Positions 12,297 to 26,007 of a DNA stretch of 64,000 nt are shown piece after piece. A program made the translations under genes and the position numbers. The stretch lies in the NCBI GenBank assembly GCA_040285855.1, contig JAUFOQ010000010.1, positions 496,001-560,000 on the forward strand, given 5' to 3'. The DNA is from Eukaryota sp. GEM-RC1 (taxonomy: Eukaryota). Numbering within the stretch: the first letter of the stretch is position 1; every line of letters begins with the position of its first letter. Below the pieces are notes generated by a model. That model ran no database searches and was not told where the DNA came from. It saw only the letters and a program-made list of their open reading frames with translations.

Positions 12297-12752
12297 CACT
12301 AATCATGATAATTAGTCTCACATGATAATTAGTCTCACTCAGACTAATTACCATGTTGTAACAATTTAAACTGAAACTCGATTGGAAATTAGTCTCACTT
12401 TTTGTGATAAAATACCTATAAAATAGAACAACATTCAACGCATACAAGACGCTGAACCACGTTAATAATTCTTTTATTCTCCTATGAATAGCATCTCCGT
12501 GGAGGTTTGTATTTAAAAGTCAAGAAATTGAGTCAAGACGTCGTTTTTGAATAATGAGCTTATTTTAGCACATCCTTCTGGTTGGATTGTCCATCCTAAT
12601 GGAATTGTTGTGGAAGTAAATCAAGCAGACGTACCGGACGAATTTTTTCCTCCTATATTGATCTCAATGAATGACAACAATTTTTTTAGGAGGTGATACT
12701 AATATCCAACAGTGGTAATTAGTCTGAGTGAGACTAATTACCATGATTACTG
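12297..12752. mobile_element. Tc1/mariner-type MITE
   Basis: 25-bp TIRs CA(C/G)TAATCATG(A/G)TAATTAGTCTCAC (23/25 match), flanked by TA on both sides. AGTCTCA subterminal repeats. Confidence 0.7.
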
Positions 12753-12995
12753 TAGTTGATTCTGGTTAGGATCTGGTTTTTGCAGTTGAAAGCAAACCAG
12801 AACCATGACGGTTTCCATATTTTTGAACAAGACCAAGCCAAACCAAGCCAATAAATTAACCCGAACCATCGGTGTTTTATCATTTCTAATGTTGTTGGAC
12901 GATCGGAACTTTGACTGTGGAGTATGATCAAAATAGTCTCTTTCTTAGACGACTGTAAGACTGTAATCTGCCTAGATAAGATACTAGCTTATGTC

Positions 12996-13600
12996 CAGGG
13001 ATGGGCGAATTCCAAACAATAAATTTTACAAGTGAACTTCACTCCAACTCAAGTCACTCCAATTCAAGTCACTTGTAGAGTCTTCACACAAATTTGTTGA
13101 ATTTTTGTCTTAATAAAATTCCTGTCATTTGACGGTTTGGGCACTTCTTCCAGGTATACACAACGGTGACTCAATGTGTTTTGGATTCACCCTAAAACAA
13201 ACACTGTTAGATATCCACCGTGATGATGTCATCACAATGAATCTTTTCAAATTTTTTCATGAAAATTTCAGCGGTTACTAGAGAAGAGTTTGAGAAGATA
13301 TTTCAGAAACTGTGTTCAGAATTTGGTAAGAAGTTTTAACAGGTCTTACAGGACAAAAGTTCACTTTTTGGCCGTTTATACAAAATCATTGATATGTTTA
13401 TTTTCTTTTTGGTCAATAATAATTACAAATAGTGTAACTCCCCCTTGATATAGGGTTTTTTGTAAATTATGTACAATACATACTTAGGAATGCTCAGGAA
13501 ATAGCAAGTTTCACTCCAACTCGACTTACTCGTAAAATTTTGACAGAACTCCAACTCGCAGAAATTTGGAGTGAAGTGAAGTTTGGAGTAGAACTAAGTA
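12996..13600. mobile_element. hAT-like element, left end only; carries a decayed CRE-like fragment (~13280-13470)
   Basis: Starts CAGGGATGGGC, with ACTCCAACTC/GGAGT subterminal repeats at both ends. No matching right TIR. (C/T)TTATGTC flanks both sides. Confidence 0.45.
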
Positions 13601-13609
13601 TTTATGTCA

Positions 13610-14017
13610 TTTTGAATCCCTCAAATGATCCGCTGAAAGACGCTGAGAACGCCAAAGTGTCTAAGTATGGACATCAAGTTGCTGCATTGAATTCACGAAG
13701 ACACAATAATATCGTCTTTCAGCCTTTTGCAGTTTCATTGTACGGAAATTTCGGTTCTTCTACCAAGGAGTTTTTAAGTTTATTTGAAAATTTGTGTTCA
13801 GAACTTGGCAAGAAGTTTAACAGATCGTACTGGAAGAGTAAATTTGCTTTTTCGATTTTTAGGTCTATGTATAGATATGTTGATTCCATTTTGTCCAAGT
13901 TGTTTGGAGGCAACTACTTTTCGGAATTAGGTAGTTCGTTTGATAATTTGTTTTAATAGTGTTTATCTATTTGTACTTAACTTATTATGTGTTTTTCTCC
14001 GCACATAAATCCGTTTT
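13610..14017 (+). mobile_element. 5'-truncated CRE-like retrotransposon (family D)
   Basis: RLE C-terminus AENAKVSKY..FQPFAVSLYG. TTTATGTCA is duplicated at 13601-13609 and 14018-14026. The 3' end is shared with 20148-20277. Confidence 0.75.
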
Positions 14018-14229
14018 TTTATGTCAATTCTTCTTTTCATCGTCTTCCCAGCAAACGCTTTGATCATTCCAAAAAAGATTTATGCGTCGAATCTCTATGG
14101 GATACCATCAACTTCAAACAAGTCCGTCTTCAGTAATAAAACATCTAGGTCTCCTCTACTACTCCTACAGAAAACTAGTTGAAAGTACGTAAACATTACT
14201 CTCATTACAGTTTCTCTCAACAAAGTCGT

Positions 14230-14380
14230 AAACATCATCACGTCGGTAACAATCGAACTTACCTCCAAGGCTTCAACCAATGCGATTGTACCTTTAGAAC
14301 CAATAGAGATAAATTTGAGATAAACTGAAGCAATAGATTCATTTGTGTTCAATGTTTCAGCCAATACAATGGTGCCCTTG
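14230..14380 (-). pseudogene. RI-like LRR fragment
   Basis: LAETLNTNESIASVYLKFISIGSKGTIALVEALEVSS corresponds to about 1.5 28-aa repeats. Confidence 0.6.
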
Positions 14381-14522
14381 TTTTGTGGTGATGACTGAGA
14401 TTACGGTTACTCAAAGGCAGCTGAGTAATTCTCTCTACCCACATATAATCCAATGTCTTCATCATTCTAGGTAGACCGAACTGTTTGCTGATACATATGC
14501 TGATAAGTGTACTTTTGTTTCA

Positions 14523-15086
14523 TTACCGCAAGTGGTTCATGTGTAATAGCTGCCTTGATTTGGGAATCAAACCGTGACTAGTCATTGATACTGGGTTTTT
14601 GGTCTTTTCAGACAAAACACAAGAGATTGGTCTAGGAGAAGAGTCCGAGTCTTGAAAATAGAGAACTCGGCTTTCAGAAAGAATTGGTAAAACTATACGT
14701 TTTGGAGAAGATGGAGATGTGTAGTAGAGTTGACCATTCTCACGGTTGAAATAACCGTCAGCAGGAACAAATACCCTTTCAATGGTGTCTTTGTAAGCAG
14801 GATTTACATGTTGAACGTCTTGCAAAAAATGATGAATCAAGACTGTGTCACAATAACGTTGTACAGCAACTGTATATAGACGGATGAGGTCGTAGAGCTT
14901 ACCAGGGCATGAATATTCGGCTGATTCAAAGCTTGTCTTAAGTACGTTGTCATCACAGAATCGGGAACGTTTGATGTAGTCCGCAGGTATAGTAACAGAT
15001 GTTGGCCTGACCCTTCCGCTTGTGGGAACTTTAATAAGGGGCATATAAGTTGATAGTTCGATATCTTTTGATCTAGTATTGGCCAT
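14523..15086 (-). CDS. Hypothetical protein (187 aa)
   Basis: Uninterrupted ATG-started ORF with globular composition in AT-rich DNA. No motif recognised. Confidence 0.45.
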   Translation of the reverse strand: MANTRSKDIELSTYMPLIKVPTSGRVRPTSVTIPADYIKRSRFCDDNVLKTSFESAEYSCPGKLYDLIRLYTVAVQRYCDTVLIHHFLQDVQHVNPAYKDTIERVFVPADGYFNRENGQLYYTSPSSPKRIVLPILSESRVLYFQDSDSSPRPISCVLSEKTKNPVSMTSHGLIPKSRQLLHMNHLR

Positions 15087-17249
15087 GAAAAGAACAGTTT
15101 AAAAGATGTTAAGGAAGTGGTGAACAAACGATAGGTCTACATCTAGGATGTTATTTATCTTCATCTAATTTAGATGTACTTCACCCTTTTCAACCCATCC
15201 GCACCACTAGTTGATCCACAATTTGCTTAAGAATGTTCCGTATGCACCTCTGTTTGGTCTTCATCCTATGTTTCTTCTTCTCTTTGTATCCTCGCTTGAA
15301 CTATCTTTCACCCTTTTCTCGTGACCCTTCTTCTCTATGTATTCATTGACTCTCTCTTTACCATTGTCATTACCATTGTAACCGTTCCTTCTATAATTGA
15401 GGACGGTTCTTCTCAAACACTTAGCCAACATGTACTTCTTCAAATTTGAAGCCTTCAAATACTTGCTGTGGTGCAACTGAATTAGTCGTCTTCAATCGAT
15501 TTTTTCAGATTTCTGTCATCGACTGTATCACGTAATCAATGATGACGTGATCAATGAACTCTCTTTTGTATATTTTGCTAGCATATCAACTTCTCTTTGA
15601 TATCCTTTTTTAAGTTTTTTGATTGTTTCGATTTATATATTTTCTTTCGTTGTTAATGATTTTCTTGTCTTCTACTTCTACTAGTCCAAAAAAACATTGT
15701 TTTGATTCTTAATTTTTTAGTTATGATGTCGAATCCCGATAATGAAAGTAAGTTTCGTTATTTACTAAAATCAATGCTGGTTTTCAATAATCTAGCATTT
15801 ATTCTCAGTCAATTACGTTACTGTATCTGCTGTCATTTGCTTCATTGGGCAAATCACGCGAGTAAAGTCATCAACAATCAAGTATGAGTTTATTTTGATA
15901 GTTGGGCTTTGTAGAGTTAAGTCCTTGGTAAAGGGTTCCAGAGATCTCCACGAAAGATCCTTAAAATAGTTCGTTAGTTGCCTTTAGATCTCCTGAGGTC
16001 TTACTTTGACTGGTCTCAATGAAGTATTTCGCTGTCAGTTACTTTGTGAATACACCTGGACTTGTAATCTTGCCACTTCCAACTTTTTATGTAATCAAAA
16101 TGAAACATGTTTAGGAAACGTCGTAAATCATAAGGATGGTCATGAAACAACGTAACCAGTACTTATTTCCCATTCTTCGGTGTCCACATCTTGACAACAG
16201 TAAGTGTAACAGGGCCAATGTATTTCAGAGCTACACAAAAGCCTTTATTACTTGAAAGGAATTTGGGCAATGAACAGAAAAAGATGAAAACTGAAACAGT
16301 TAAATCCCGATTGCTTTTAACAGAATGAATCAACCTCTAGAAGGGAAAGAACCATTTTTTTCAGGATTATCAATCTACGATGCCCAGGCAGGAGTCGATA
16401 CTGCTTTTGATAGGCCAAATCTTACTATTTCTTATACTGAATTCACATGGCTACAACACAATGATTTGAACTCAAGACCGAAAAGTCTATAATTTTTTGA
16501 TATGAAAAGATTGTCACAATTTCGATCATCAACATCTAGTTCGCCGAGACGATTGAGATCCACTCTTAAATCGAGGTGAGAAGTAGGTGTCGTTCAAATG
16601 CATCAAAAACATTGTTATTTTTGCATTATAGATACCGTCTCATGAGCAAATGAGTGCTACTCCATCTTGTGACGTTTACCTGTTTTGAAAGTTTACTAAG
16701 GATCATTCTGTGTTTGTGTGGACTGACATGCTAAATACTTGGGGAGCAAACCATCTACTTCCTTTCTTTATTTCTGATCTTGTGATGTTCTGAATCACAA
16801 TTGAGTAGGTATTTTCCAACAACTCTGAGACACTCTGCGCAGGTGGTTTGTCTTGGATCTATTGAAGTTCATTGAAATAGGTCATTGATTCTTCTTCTTT
16901 GGACGTGTTGTCATGCTCTCTTTGAGAAGGATGTCGAATTCTGATTTTGAGTTCTCATCTTTGAGATTGAGGAGCGGAGGACTGTTCAGGGTTCCAACAA
17001 CTCGTATCAGATCTGAATATGGATTCATTGTTAGAGACCTTTAAATTGCAATAGAGTCATTTAACAGATTCAATATCAATGATTCAAGCAGCAGTAGATT
17101 ATTGCTCAATATCGTCGTCATCTTGTTCATTTATAATTCGTCTTCCATTTCTAATTATGTATCAATCTTTGTTCGACACATCTCATCTTGCAGTTCATAT
17201 TTGGAACTGATCGTTAAGGCTTTGTACAACCGTAAATAAGGCCACAAAC

Positions 17250-17520
17250 ATTGATTCACGATTCAACAGAGTATAATTGACCGAAATCTTTAACAATGTC
17301 GTTCAGCAAGGAAGAATCGGCGTTTTGATAACTGTTAATTACACACTGGCCAGTTACGCTCAGTCGAAGTAGCACTTGCATACTTGTGTCTTTAAAGGAC
17401 AATTGCCAGAGCAAAGGAAACAATAGTTTTCTTTTATTAAACCACCACAGATGTGGAACTGTATCATCATCAGTAGTAAGTAAAAAAAATGACTCCATGA
17501 AGCTGGTAAGTCCAACCTGT
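17250..17520 (-). mobile_element. hAT transposase remnant (C-terminal dimerisation domain)
   Basis: PHLWWFNKRKLLFPLLWQL, then after a frameshift ASATSTERNW. This is the hAT WW...FP.L...S...ER signature. Confidence 0.7.
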
Positions 17521-18299
17521 GTTTTCAGAGAAGCATCTTTCGAAGTAGTTTCCTAAAATGTATACTTCTTCTGAATCATCAAACTGTGAGTCTATATACC
17601 CCTGTTCAAAATGTTATAAAGTATTATACGGGTAGTTTATGGAATGCCTTACAAAGCATTGAACCATCCCTTGTCGACCAACAGTTCTTTAGAATATGCC
17701 TTCTAGATGAAGATCTTTGGAGCATCATCTAGATAGTTTTCCGAAAATAAGTTGACTAGGGATTCGTATGTTACCTTTCCAAGGTCTCGTAGATCAGACC
17801 TACTCAGGAGGTCCCAAATTTTCTTGGTGTAGCTGTTTGTAGAGTAATGTGTGAAAAGAATGCTAATGCAGCATCATGATAGTTATTTTTTTTATATTCT
17901 GACCTTAATTTGAATTGAGTTGGGTTTATCAAAGTCAATGATACTGTTATTCTTATAAAGTTAGTGTATAATTAGTACTTATGAATTGGTAGTGAATTTG
18001 GCGGTTTGTGATATCTATTTGGAATGGCATTCAGAATTGTTCGAAGAGATGTTGACATCCTTAAAATTTTCATTGTAGAATCTAGTGTGTTCGAACTTCG
18101 TTGAATTTAAGACGAGAGAATTGAGACGAGACGAGATGAGCTAGATTTGATTGTTATTTATATATTGATTGTTGATTGTAGTATTATAGTATCAGCAGAA
18201 ATGTCGTGCACAATATGTTCTTTATATTGATTATTGTGTACTACTACTACGTTCATAAATATTCAAAATTGTTTCGTTACAGGAAAAGAAACAAAGTTA

Positions 18300-20010
18300 T
18301 TATCCATTAAGAACTTCTCTTCTTGAAAGAATCTGCAGCTTTTATCTTAATCATCTTCGTGGTGAAATAGGAAATCTTTCTCCTGAGTTATGGTCATCTT
18401 GCTTTCCTGCTGATATCAAAGAAATTGCATGTCGAAACAGTTTGTCTTTAAAATTTGCTTTAAAGAAGCTACAAAACCATTAATTAAAATATTTTGAATG
18501 TTTAGATTTTACAGTCCGTCTTAGCTCGGATAAGGAAGAAAATACAGCTTTCGCTAATTTTTTAATTGATTTAAAGGAGAGTTCTGATGTGTCATTAATT
18601 AATCAAATTCCACAAGTACATATTTGGTTCATTATTAAATGATCATCAATGGACCACTACAAAGAGACTTCGTTGCTATTTATGACCATACAATTTGCCA
18701 TATGATCTTCAATGTCGCTGTGGAAAACAATTAACGTTTTCTCATTTGGTAAGTTGTAATCGCTACATAACTTATAGAACGTGTATGTATGATGCTGTAA
18801 GAGATCGAATACATGCTATTTTTCACTCTAAAGTTGAACCAGTTTTGAATCATCTTTCAGATAATGAATTTACTGATCAAAAAGAGGTGATCTCCATACT
18901 CCGTGGCTTAAATCGAGTCAATTATTAATGGATTTTACTACAGTAGATGTTTGTAACAAATCTTGTGTTAGTAGGATATTAGATTCTTCTTTTAATCCGT
19001 TAACAGCTGCTGAAAAGCTCAAACACTCCAAGTATGACTCTCAAGTTGAAGAATTACTTAGAAGCTCATATTCCAAATTTGTGTTTCAACCTTTTGCTGT
19101 TTCTCTTTTGGATCTATTAGTCCTGCTGGTGATCAATTTTGCAAGGATTTCGAAGAACTGTGTAAGGAAAAGAAGCTTAAGTTTAGAATGGCTGAATGGA
19201 AAAACCGTATAGTGTTTTCCATATATCGGAATATGCCTTTCTATTTCTCTAGATTAATTGAGAAATTGTACAAGTTTGGTGTGAAGGTTAATGTTGATAA
19301 ACGTAACCTTTTACCGGGTGGTGATGAAGTCGTTTGGATTTAATCTTAGTATTATTTGTCTTTTTTTACAATTTCATAGTTTTGTAGGAAGGTTACCTTA
19401 TTGGGTGCCGAATAAAGTTTTCTGCTATGTGTAAGTCTTACAAAATTGAATCATTTGTTGAATCACTTCTAAGATCTTCAGAACCAAATAAAAATTGTAA
19501 TATCGAAAAACAGAACCAATTTTTTGGTAAACGGAGAGCAGATGTTGATGTCCCTTTTATTCAGACAATTTGTTTGTTGTTGATGTAGTGTCAGTGGATG
19601 TTTGTAAAAAGACATCTTTAAAGAATGCTTACTCTGAAACTTCCCCTTTAGACATTTCTGTACAAGCCAAACAGGATAAGTACAAGAAACCATTGATGGC
19701 TTTAAAACATGTAAAACATGTTGAATACGAATTATGCCATTTTGCTGTTTCAATTTACCCCCGTTTAGGAAGAAGTGCATTTAATTTTTTAAAGGATTTC
19801 GGAAGAGTCGTAAAAAATAGGATGAATAAACATATGTTATGGTTGAATCGGATCGTTTTTACAGTTTTTAAAACAGTTCCCCTAATCATCTCCAAAGCTT
19901 TATTAGCTGTCAGTTCCTTTTATGAGGACAAAACTGTTGTAAGGATTGATAGCGACTGGTGTTGTTTTAATGATATCAAATTTTAGTTGTTTGATCTATT
20001 ACATTTATAC
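18300..20010 (+). mobile_element. 5'-truncated CRE-like retrotransposon (family B), split by a family-A insertion
   Basis: 18300-18819 and 19423-20010 are collinear and highly similar to about 47145-48250. Confidence 0.88.
18820..19422 (+). mobile_element. 5'-truncated CRE-like retrotransposon (family A)
   Basis: Near-identical to 56680-57274, including the 3' end GGGTGCCGAATAAA. 6-bp TSD TGCTAT at 18814-18819 and 19423-19428. Confidence 0.9.
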
Positions 20011-20147
20011 TACCAATTAAACTACCAAAAAACTACTACTACGTTGTCAATTAGGTCAGTCTCTAATTCAAAGTTTCAAACACTAATGCCTCAGTATTCT
20101 AAATATTTCTTGTATAAGTAGCACACTAAAATATAATAAAAACATGT

Positions 20148-20277
20148 TGTTTAATTTAAGTTGTTTGGTGGTAACTACTTTTCGGAATTAGGTAGTTCGT
20201 TTGATAATTTGTTTTAATAGTCTTTATTTATTTGTTGTTTTTCTTGTTGTGTGTTTTTCTCCACACATAAATCCGGG
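20148..20277 (+). mobile_element. Very short 3'-end copy of CRE-like family D
   Basis: Matches about 13895-14013. 12-bp TSD ATAAAAACATGT at 20136-20147 and 20278-20289. Confidence 0.8.
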
Positions 20278-20296
20278 ATAAAAACATGTATTGTGT

Positions 20297-20795
20297 TGTA
20301 GGTTAAATGGTGTAAGTTATAGTTTATGTTTTTTCTACCTACATTTCCCTAGAGGTGTTAGCCTACATAAAGGTTTTCCTCTTAAAGCCTGTTAGGTATG
20401 TACCGTGTACAAAACCCAACAGTAATTACTGTGCCCAAGAAAGTCACCTCAATTCATCTAAACTCCTCGCAGGTCAACCCCCTTTATTGAATGGAACTGG
20501 CCACCTAGAGACCAGAAGATTCCTTGCGGAACTACAGGCTTATGTTTCCCGAGTACGAGTATCCGAACGCCTCCGTCAAGCCGAGCCCGCCGAAGAGTTT
20601 CACGATATAGAGGAAGCCGAATATCCGGAACCCTCTCCAAGAAACCACACGGACCCTCACCGTCAGTTCCGTCCTGACCCCGCTGAGACTCCCGTCCCTG
20701 CCGAGTTAAGAAAATTAGCCCCCATTGCTAGATCCTTCCTTAGCCCACGTCTTTTATCCGCCTTACCCTTACTATGTTCCAGTAATCATCTCTAA
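20297..20795 (+). mobile_element. Possible LTR retrotransposon 5' remnant (shortened LTR plus gag-like start)
   Basis: TGTAGG...CCTACA at 20297-20367, followed by a C-rich ORF with PPLLNGTGHLETRRFLAELQAY. Confidence 0.35.
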
Positions 20796-23700
20796 CGCTG
20801 CCGTTGGAGATGATAACGAACTCTAGCTTGGATCTTGACGAACTCACTCATCCATGACGAAGCCCTCGCAGAAAACTCTCCAGTATATCCATGAACTCAA
20901 GTATCAAAGATTCTTACCAGATTCTTACTAACAAAGGAAAAACAACTAACCACGATTGTCAACTTGAAGTGAAGCAAGTACGCTTAGTGCGACCTCCACA
21001 ATTGCTGGATGGATGCATCACACAGTGGTGAAGGTATGACGTTTCAGATCAAGGTTGTGGACAAAGAAGCATAAAAAGCGTGGCAAAGCTCATCACTTCA
21101 ACAGGAAGTTATTCACACGTTGATTTTACACCATACCATTCCTGGGTTCTCTGATGCATCTTCAATTTGGCGGAATTTGATATTCCTATTGAGTCTGGAA
21201 ACTTCTTCACTCTTCTTTGATCTTTTCCTTTTCGTACTTCTACTCTTCAGTTATGCATCCGTGCCTTGCAATCTTCTGCGATCCCATGTCTTCTTGCACT
21301 CATACTTCAGTTACCACTCGTTTTCCAGGATGATGTTACAATGATCCCATTCGAATTGGCACGTTTCTTCTCTTCAGTCGATGAAAACCTAAGTGAAGAC
21401 GAAGATGACGTCTGAGAACTCAAAAGAATTGATACTGAGCGCAATCGGTTAGAAAAAGTTCAGCGAAACCTTCTTTAGAAGAGGATTGCCGCTTTCTGCC
21501 ACTCTCTTAAAGATTCTCTAGTAGAACAGGTTTGTTGCCTGTATCATTACATTACTTGAGCCAAGTTGCTTATGCTCACATGATATTGCTTCTTAAACGA
21601 TGTTCAGTCACCTATTGATCAACATCCTCCTGTTCTTAGAACCTCTAGAATAGAAGCAGATCATTTTGCTTCTATCTCCAGTATGTTTTATCTCCAAGTG
21701 GAAGAAAAAAGGATCCCAAAGTAACACCTAAGCTTTGTGGTCATGGACTTTTTGTTGGAAGTACTCAACGGATGAACCAACACTGTATGTTCTACCTGAT
21801 ATCAGAGCGTGTGAGAAGCATCCAGATGATACTTCTTTCTCGAAAAAGTTTAGCGGTGATTGAATGGTGTCGACTACAATTTAAAATTTGGTGACTTATT
21901 CATTTGTGAATATGACCTCATTTTCATTTTAGTGTCTAGAAATGAATTTGATTCATATAAATTCTTTAAATGTTGTTTGATACTTTAACTGGTAATAATC
22001 TCAGTCTGGAAAAACTTGAAGTCCTGAATGGAGAAAATTTCCTTTCCCCATATACAAAAGCTACACATTGTACAAGTAAATAGTGATTTTTGTGGTTTAT
22101 GGAACCCTTTCTTCTTATTTTTTTTTTGAATAAACCAGTGCCTTTTACTAGGCATCTTATATACTTACAGGAGAAAGATTCTCAGTATGCATATCCTGTT
22201 TGTAAGCAAGCAAAAGACTTTGTTGATAGTGATTCTTCAATGGTGACTATAGTTGTCATGGATCTCTCTCCCTGCTGAGTATGCTAAGTCTAACAAGTCT
22301 TGTTAGTTTTGGTTGCTAAAGATCTCAACAAATGTATCTCTACGGCTGATGTCAGTAGAAACAGTGGAACGGACTTACACCAGAGCACTTCAAGAACTAG
22401 AAGACAAGATCACGTGGTCTTGGGGAAAGGTAGGCGAGTGTAGATGATGACGAGATCGAAGGACAAATGGTTGAGAGAGGGGATGATCACGTGTAGTTAG
22501 GCTTATAGATGTGAAGATCGTAGTGGAGGAGAGGATGATGACATTAAGAGAGGCAAAAAACGAGGAAGAATAAGATCGGAAGCAGATCCATACACAAGTA
22601 TACTGTAGTATACTGTAGGAGGTAACGGATGGTCCAGGAACCCCTCTGAACTGAAGATACTCTGAAGAGAGTGTCTTCATAGAGAGATAATCTTCATCAA
22701 CCACCGACCACCTCTCTACTCTTCTTTATCGTTCTAGTTTTACTACCTCTTTCGTCCATGTTTAGTGTTTCCCTTTCATTCAGTTGATTGTTTACATTAT
22801 TACGCTTTTAAGAGGTCTACGAATTGTGACATTATGAATCACCAATTTTTGCGAACTCCAAAACACATACCCGCTCTAATAGCAAAGCAGTTCCTTCCAC
22901 TGTCAAGTTCTATGGTGTTACAAACTTCATGCTAAACTTCACTAACAATATACAACGATCTCATCCTACCCTGATATCGGACCTTATTCTCAAGGAACTA
23001 TCTATCATCCGAAGCTCCAACAACAATCTCCAACTCTGACAGGCAACTATGCAGTATTTCCTCAAACTTATTTGGATCCATTACTGATCTTCTTCTGCTG
23101 CTTTCCCCCCTCCACATTGATATAGTACGCTATTCTCCTGATCCTGATCAAGCTGCCTCACATACGTCATATTATCTCTCATTAATCACGAATTACTCTT
23201 CCTACAACTTAATTGTAGATCTAAGCACACCAGCTTTTGATATCCACTGTATTCCTCCTGCAATCACTTCCAATTCCTTCCCCATTCTCCTGTAACAAGT
23301 TCGATTCATTATTTTAGAGAACCTTTTCTCTACTACGTGTACCTTTTCTCAACAAACTTCTTGTCCAACTAAGATCTCTTAAATTAGGGAACCAAGGTGA
23401 AGATGTAAAATGTTGCAGTTTCCAACATCACGTGATCATCTCTTAAATCTTAACAAGGACTTTTAACAGCTTGTGAGATAACCTTAAGAATAATAGTCAC
23501 ACGAAATAAAGTTCTAGTATTAGTTTAAGTATTTTCAACTTGTATTAATGTGCTCAATGGACCTACATCAGCAGAAGAATTAACAATGGTAAAAAGATCT
23601 TCTGCTGTTTAATGTAATGGAGACCTTCGTCTTGTTCACCTTCACTGCTTCGTGTAGTCCTTCTACAGATCACGTGATCTTCACGAAGTTCCATCTGAAG

Positions 23701-24272
23701 TTACTGTCTTATCTCAGTTGGTCACGTGACAATTGGAATTGGCATTTCAATGTCATACATTGGTGTTTTACAAATAGTATCTATCATCATCTCCACTATG
23801 ACACTTTGTTTTCATAAGTTGCTACACTACTTAGAGCTGATTTCAGCAGCTTCATGTTTAGTTTATATTACTTACTCAAATCTCATTGAACTTGTTTGCA
23901 CTTACCGACAATAGCAGTGATGAATTTAAGCAATCGTCGGATCCAACAGATCAGTCAAGAGCCTTTTGCTAATGACTTGTTCAGTATGAGTGTTGACAGC
24001 TAGAGCACCGAGAAGCTCCAATAAAAGTAGACACAAGTCCACAAAAACCCTGACAATTTCTAGAAGTTCTGTATGTTCTAGTTTAGTGGTACATAAAGGG
24101 ATGACATCTCCACAGAACCTCAGGAAAAAACATTGGTTATGACCAAGAAAACCCACAATTACGGGATACAGTGCTTTATGATACTAATTTAAATTGGCAT
24201 CAATTTCGTTGAGGATAGACACAATTTCATTAGGAAACAATGAGAGGACTCTTGACAACTGACATTATGACA

Positions 24273-24930
24273 CATACTTGTAAAATACAGATCTCTGTAT
24301 TTTATGTATTTTTGTATTTTTGTATTTTATGTATTTTTCAAAAGTGAGTTTTAAAATACAAACTGTATTTTAGTGTATTTTTCAAACACACGTTCCAAGT
24401 TCTTTTTAGCACAGATTTGATGTAAAATGAGTCGATTAGATAGAGATAGTCGTACTTTTTTGGTTTGGGAGATCGTTTGTTTATGAACTGATTGCATTTC
24501 ACAGAGTCAAAACCAGAATAGATGATGAACAAATGAAACAAAAAAAGTTCAACATACAATTTCAACAAGACCCTCCTTCATGACTTCTCTTCCCCAATCT
24601 ATACCATCAATCCACTCTATACCTATTTTATGAATTTCTTGATGTTGAACAAGAGAATCAGGAAGTTGTACAAGTTGAAAAAGATGGAATTGGTGAGTTA
24701 GTGGAGATCCATGACGATGCACTAATGTTGGATTCGGTGTCACCAACTGCAGGAAAACGCAAACGTAGACAACAATCTACTACTGTACCGTTAACGTTGA
24801 GTCGTGGAGATGAAGATTGACTGACGTGGATGTTTGTATTTTACTTTGTATTTTAGTGTATTTTGTGTATTTTTGTATTTTATGTATTTTTGTATTTTAC
24901 AAATGAAAACTCGTGTATTTTACAAGTATG
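24273..24930. mobile_element. Non-autonomous TIR element with 8-bp TSD (hAT- or P-like)
   Basis: 17-bp perfect TIR CATACTTGTAAAATACA. TSD TTATGACA at 24265-24272 and 24931-24938. GTATTT subterminal repeats. Confidence 0.9.
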
Positions 24931-26007
24931 TTATGACATAGAAATTCATACCAATTCTGACCATATTTAATTTAGAGAAAAATTGATGGTGCAGGTAAAT
25001 CCATCTCTAGTTCTAGTAGCATTATTTCAAATAGATTGAACCACATGTATTAATTATCTGTCTTAAACGGTTATCTTTCTTGTCCCAGAATAGATGGGAT
25101 ACGTTCTCTACTCAAGTAGAGATCGTATCATATCATCAGAATTACCTGCTTTTGTTTTACCCTTTTGTCGAGGTGGTTGTATAAATTCCTCTTCTTCATA
25201 CCAGTTTCAACCTTCCAGACACCACTTTTCTTACACAAAACTGTATTGTTTACTTTGCCACATTGTTTTCTTCATTGTTTATTTGATAATACTATAGGAT
25301 CTTCTATAACCAATCTTCCATTTTTCACCGATGATGAAGATGTTATTAAGCCATTAACCTCCTGTTAACACCAGTAGAGCATGTTGTATTTATCTGTTGC
25401 TACTATTAAAGACAATTTAGATACAATACTCCACATCCTTCCACTCCGCATTTATACGTGTATTTATTTTGATAGAGAGAATGACGACTCACAACAAAAG
25501 AGGCATGATATGGAAAATCTCGTTGTACGAAATGGATCCTTTAGATATAACATCTGCGATCTACATATACAGAAATAGAGCTGAAAATAATTAAAAATTA
25601 TGATAAGTTATGATATATCTTCAGTTTTCTTAAAATTCTTATTAGAATCATTCAAAACTGTAACCTTAAGTACTTTTACAGTTGAATTAACTGTAGCAAA
25701 ACACAGAGAACTCTTTTACAGTTCATCAGCTACAATGATAATTAATTTACATTGTTAAATGTTGTTGATTGTTTAAAGATGTTCCATTTGATCGTGTTTT
25801 TCTTCACATGAATCACTCTTCACTTCATTTATCTATCAGTTTTCTTGTAAACTTCATTACTATAAGTTAACGTCCTCATCGTTTTTTATCACCACACGTA
25901 TTAAAAGTTAAAACCAAAAAAAAATATATTTATGTTTATGTCATAAGTTAACGAAATACAAACTACTAGTACTTAACTTTGCTTATAAAACTTCATGAAC
26001 CTAAATC

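Noticed and set aside
22330..23730. Possible LTR element (purine-rich tract then TG at ~23404; GTGACA ends)
   Set aside because: No matching LTR pair, TSD or recognisable pol motif.
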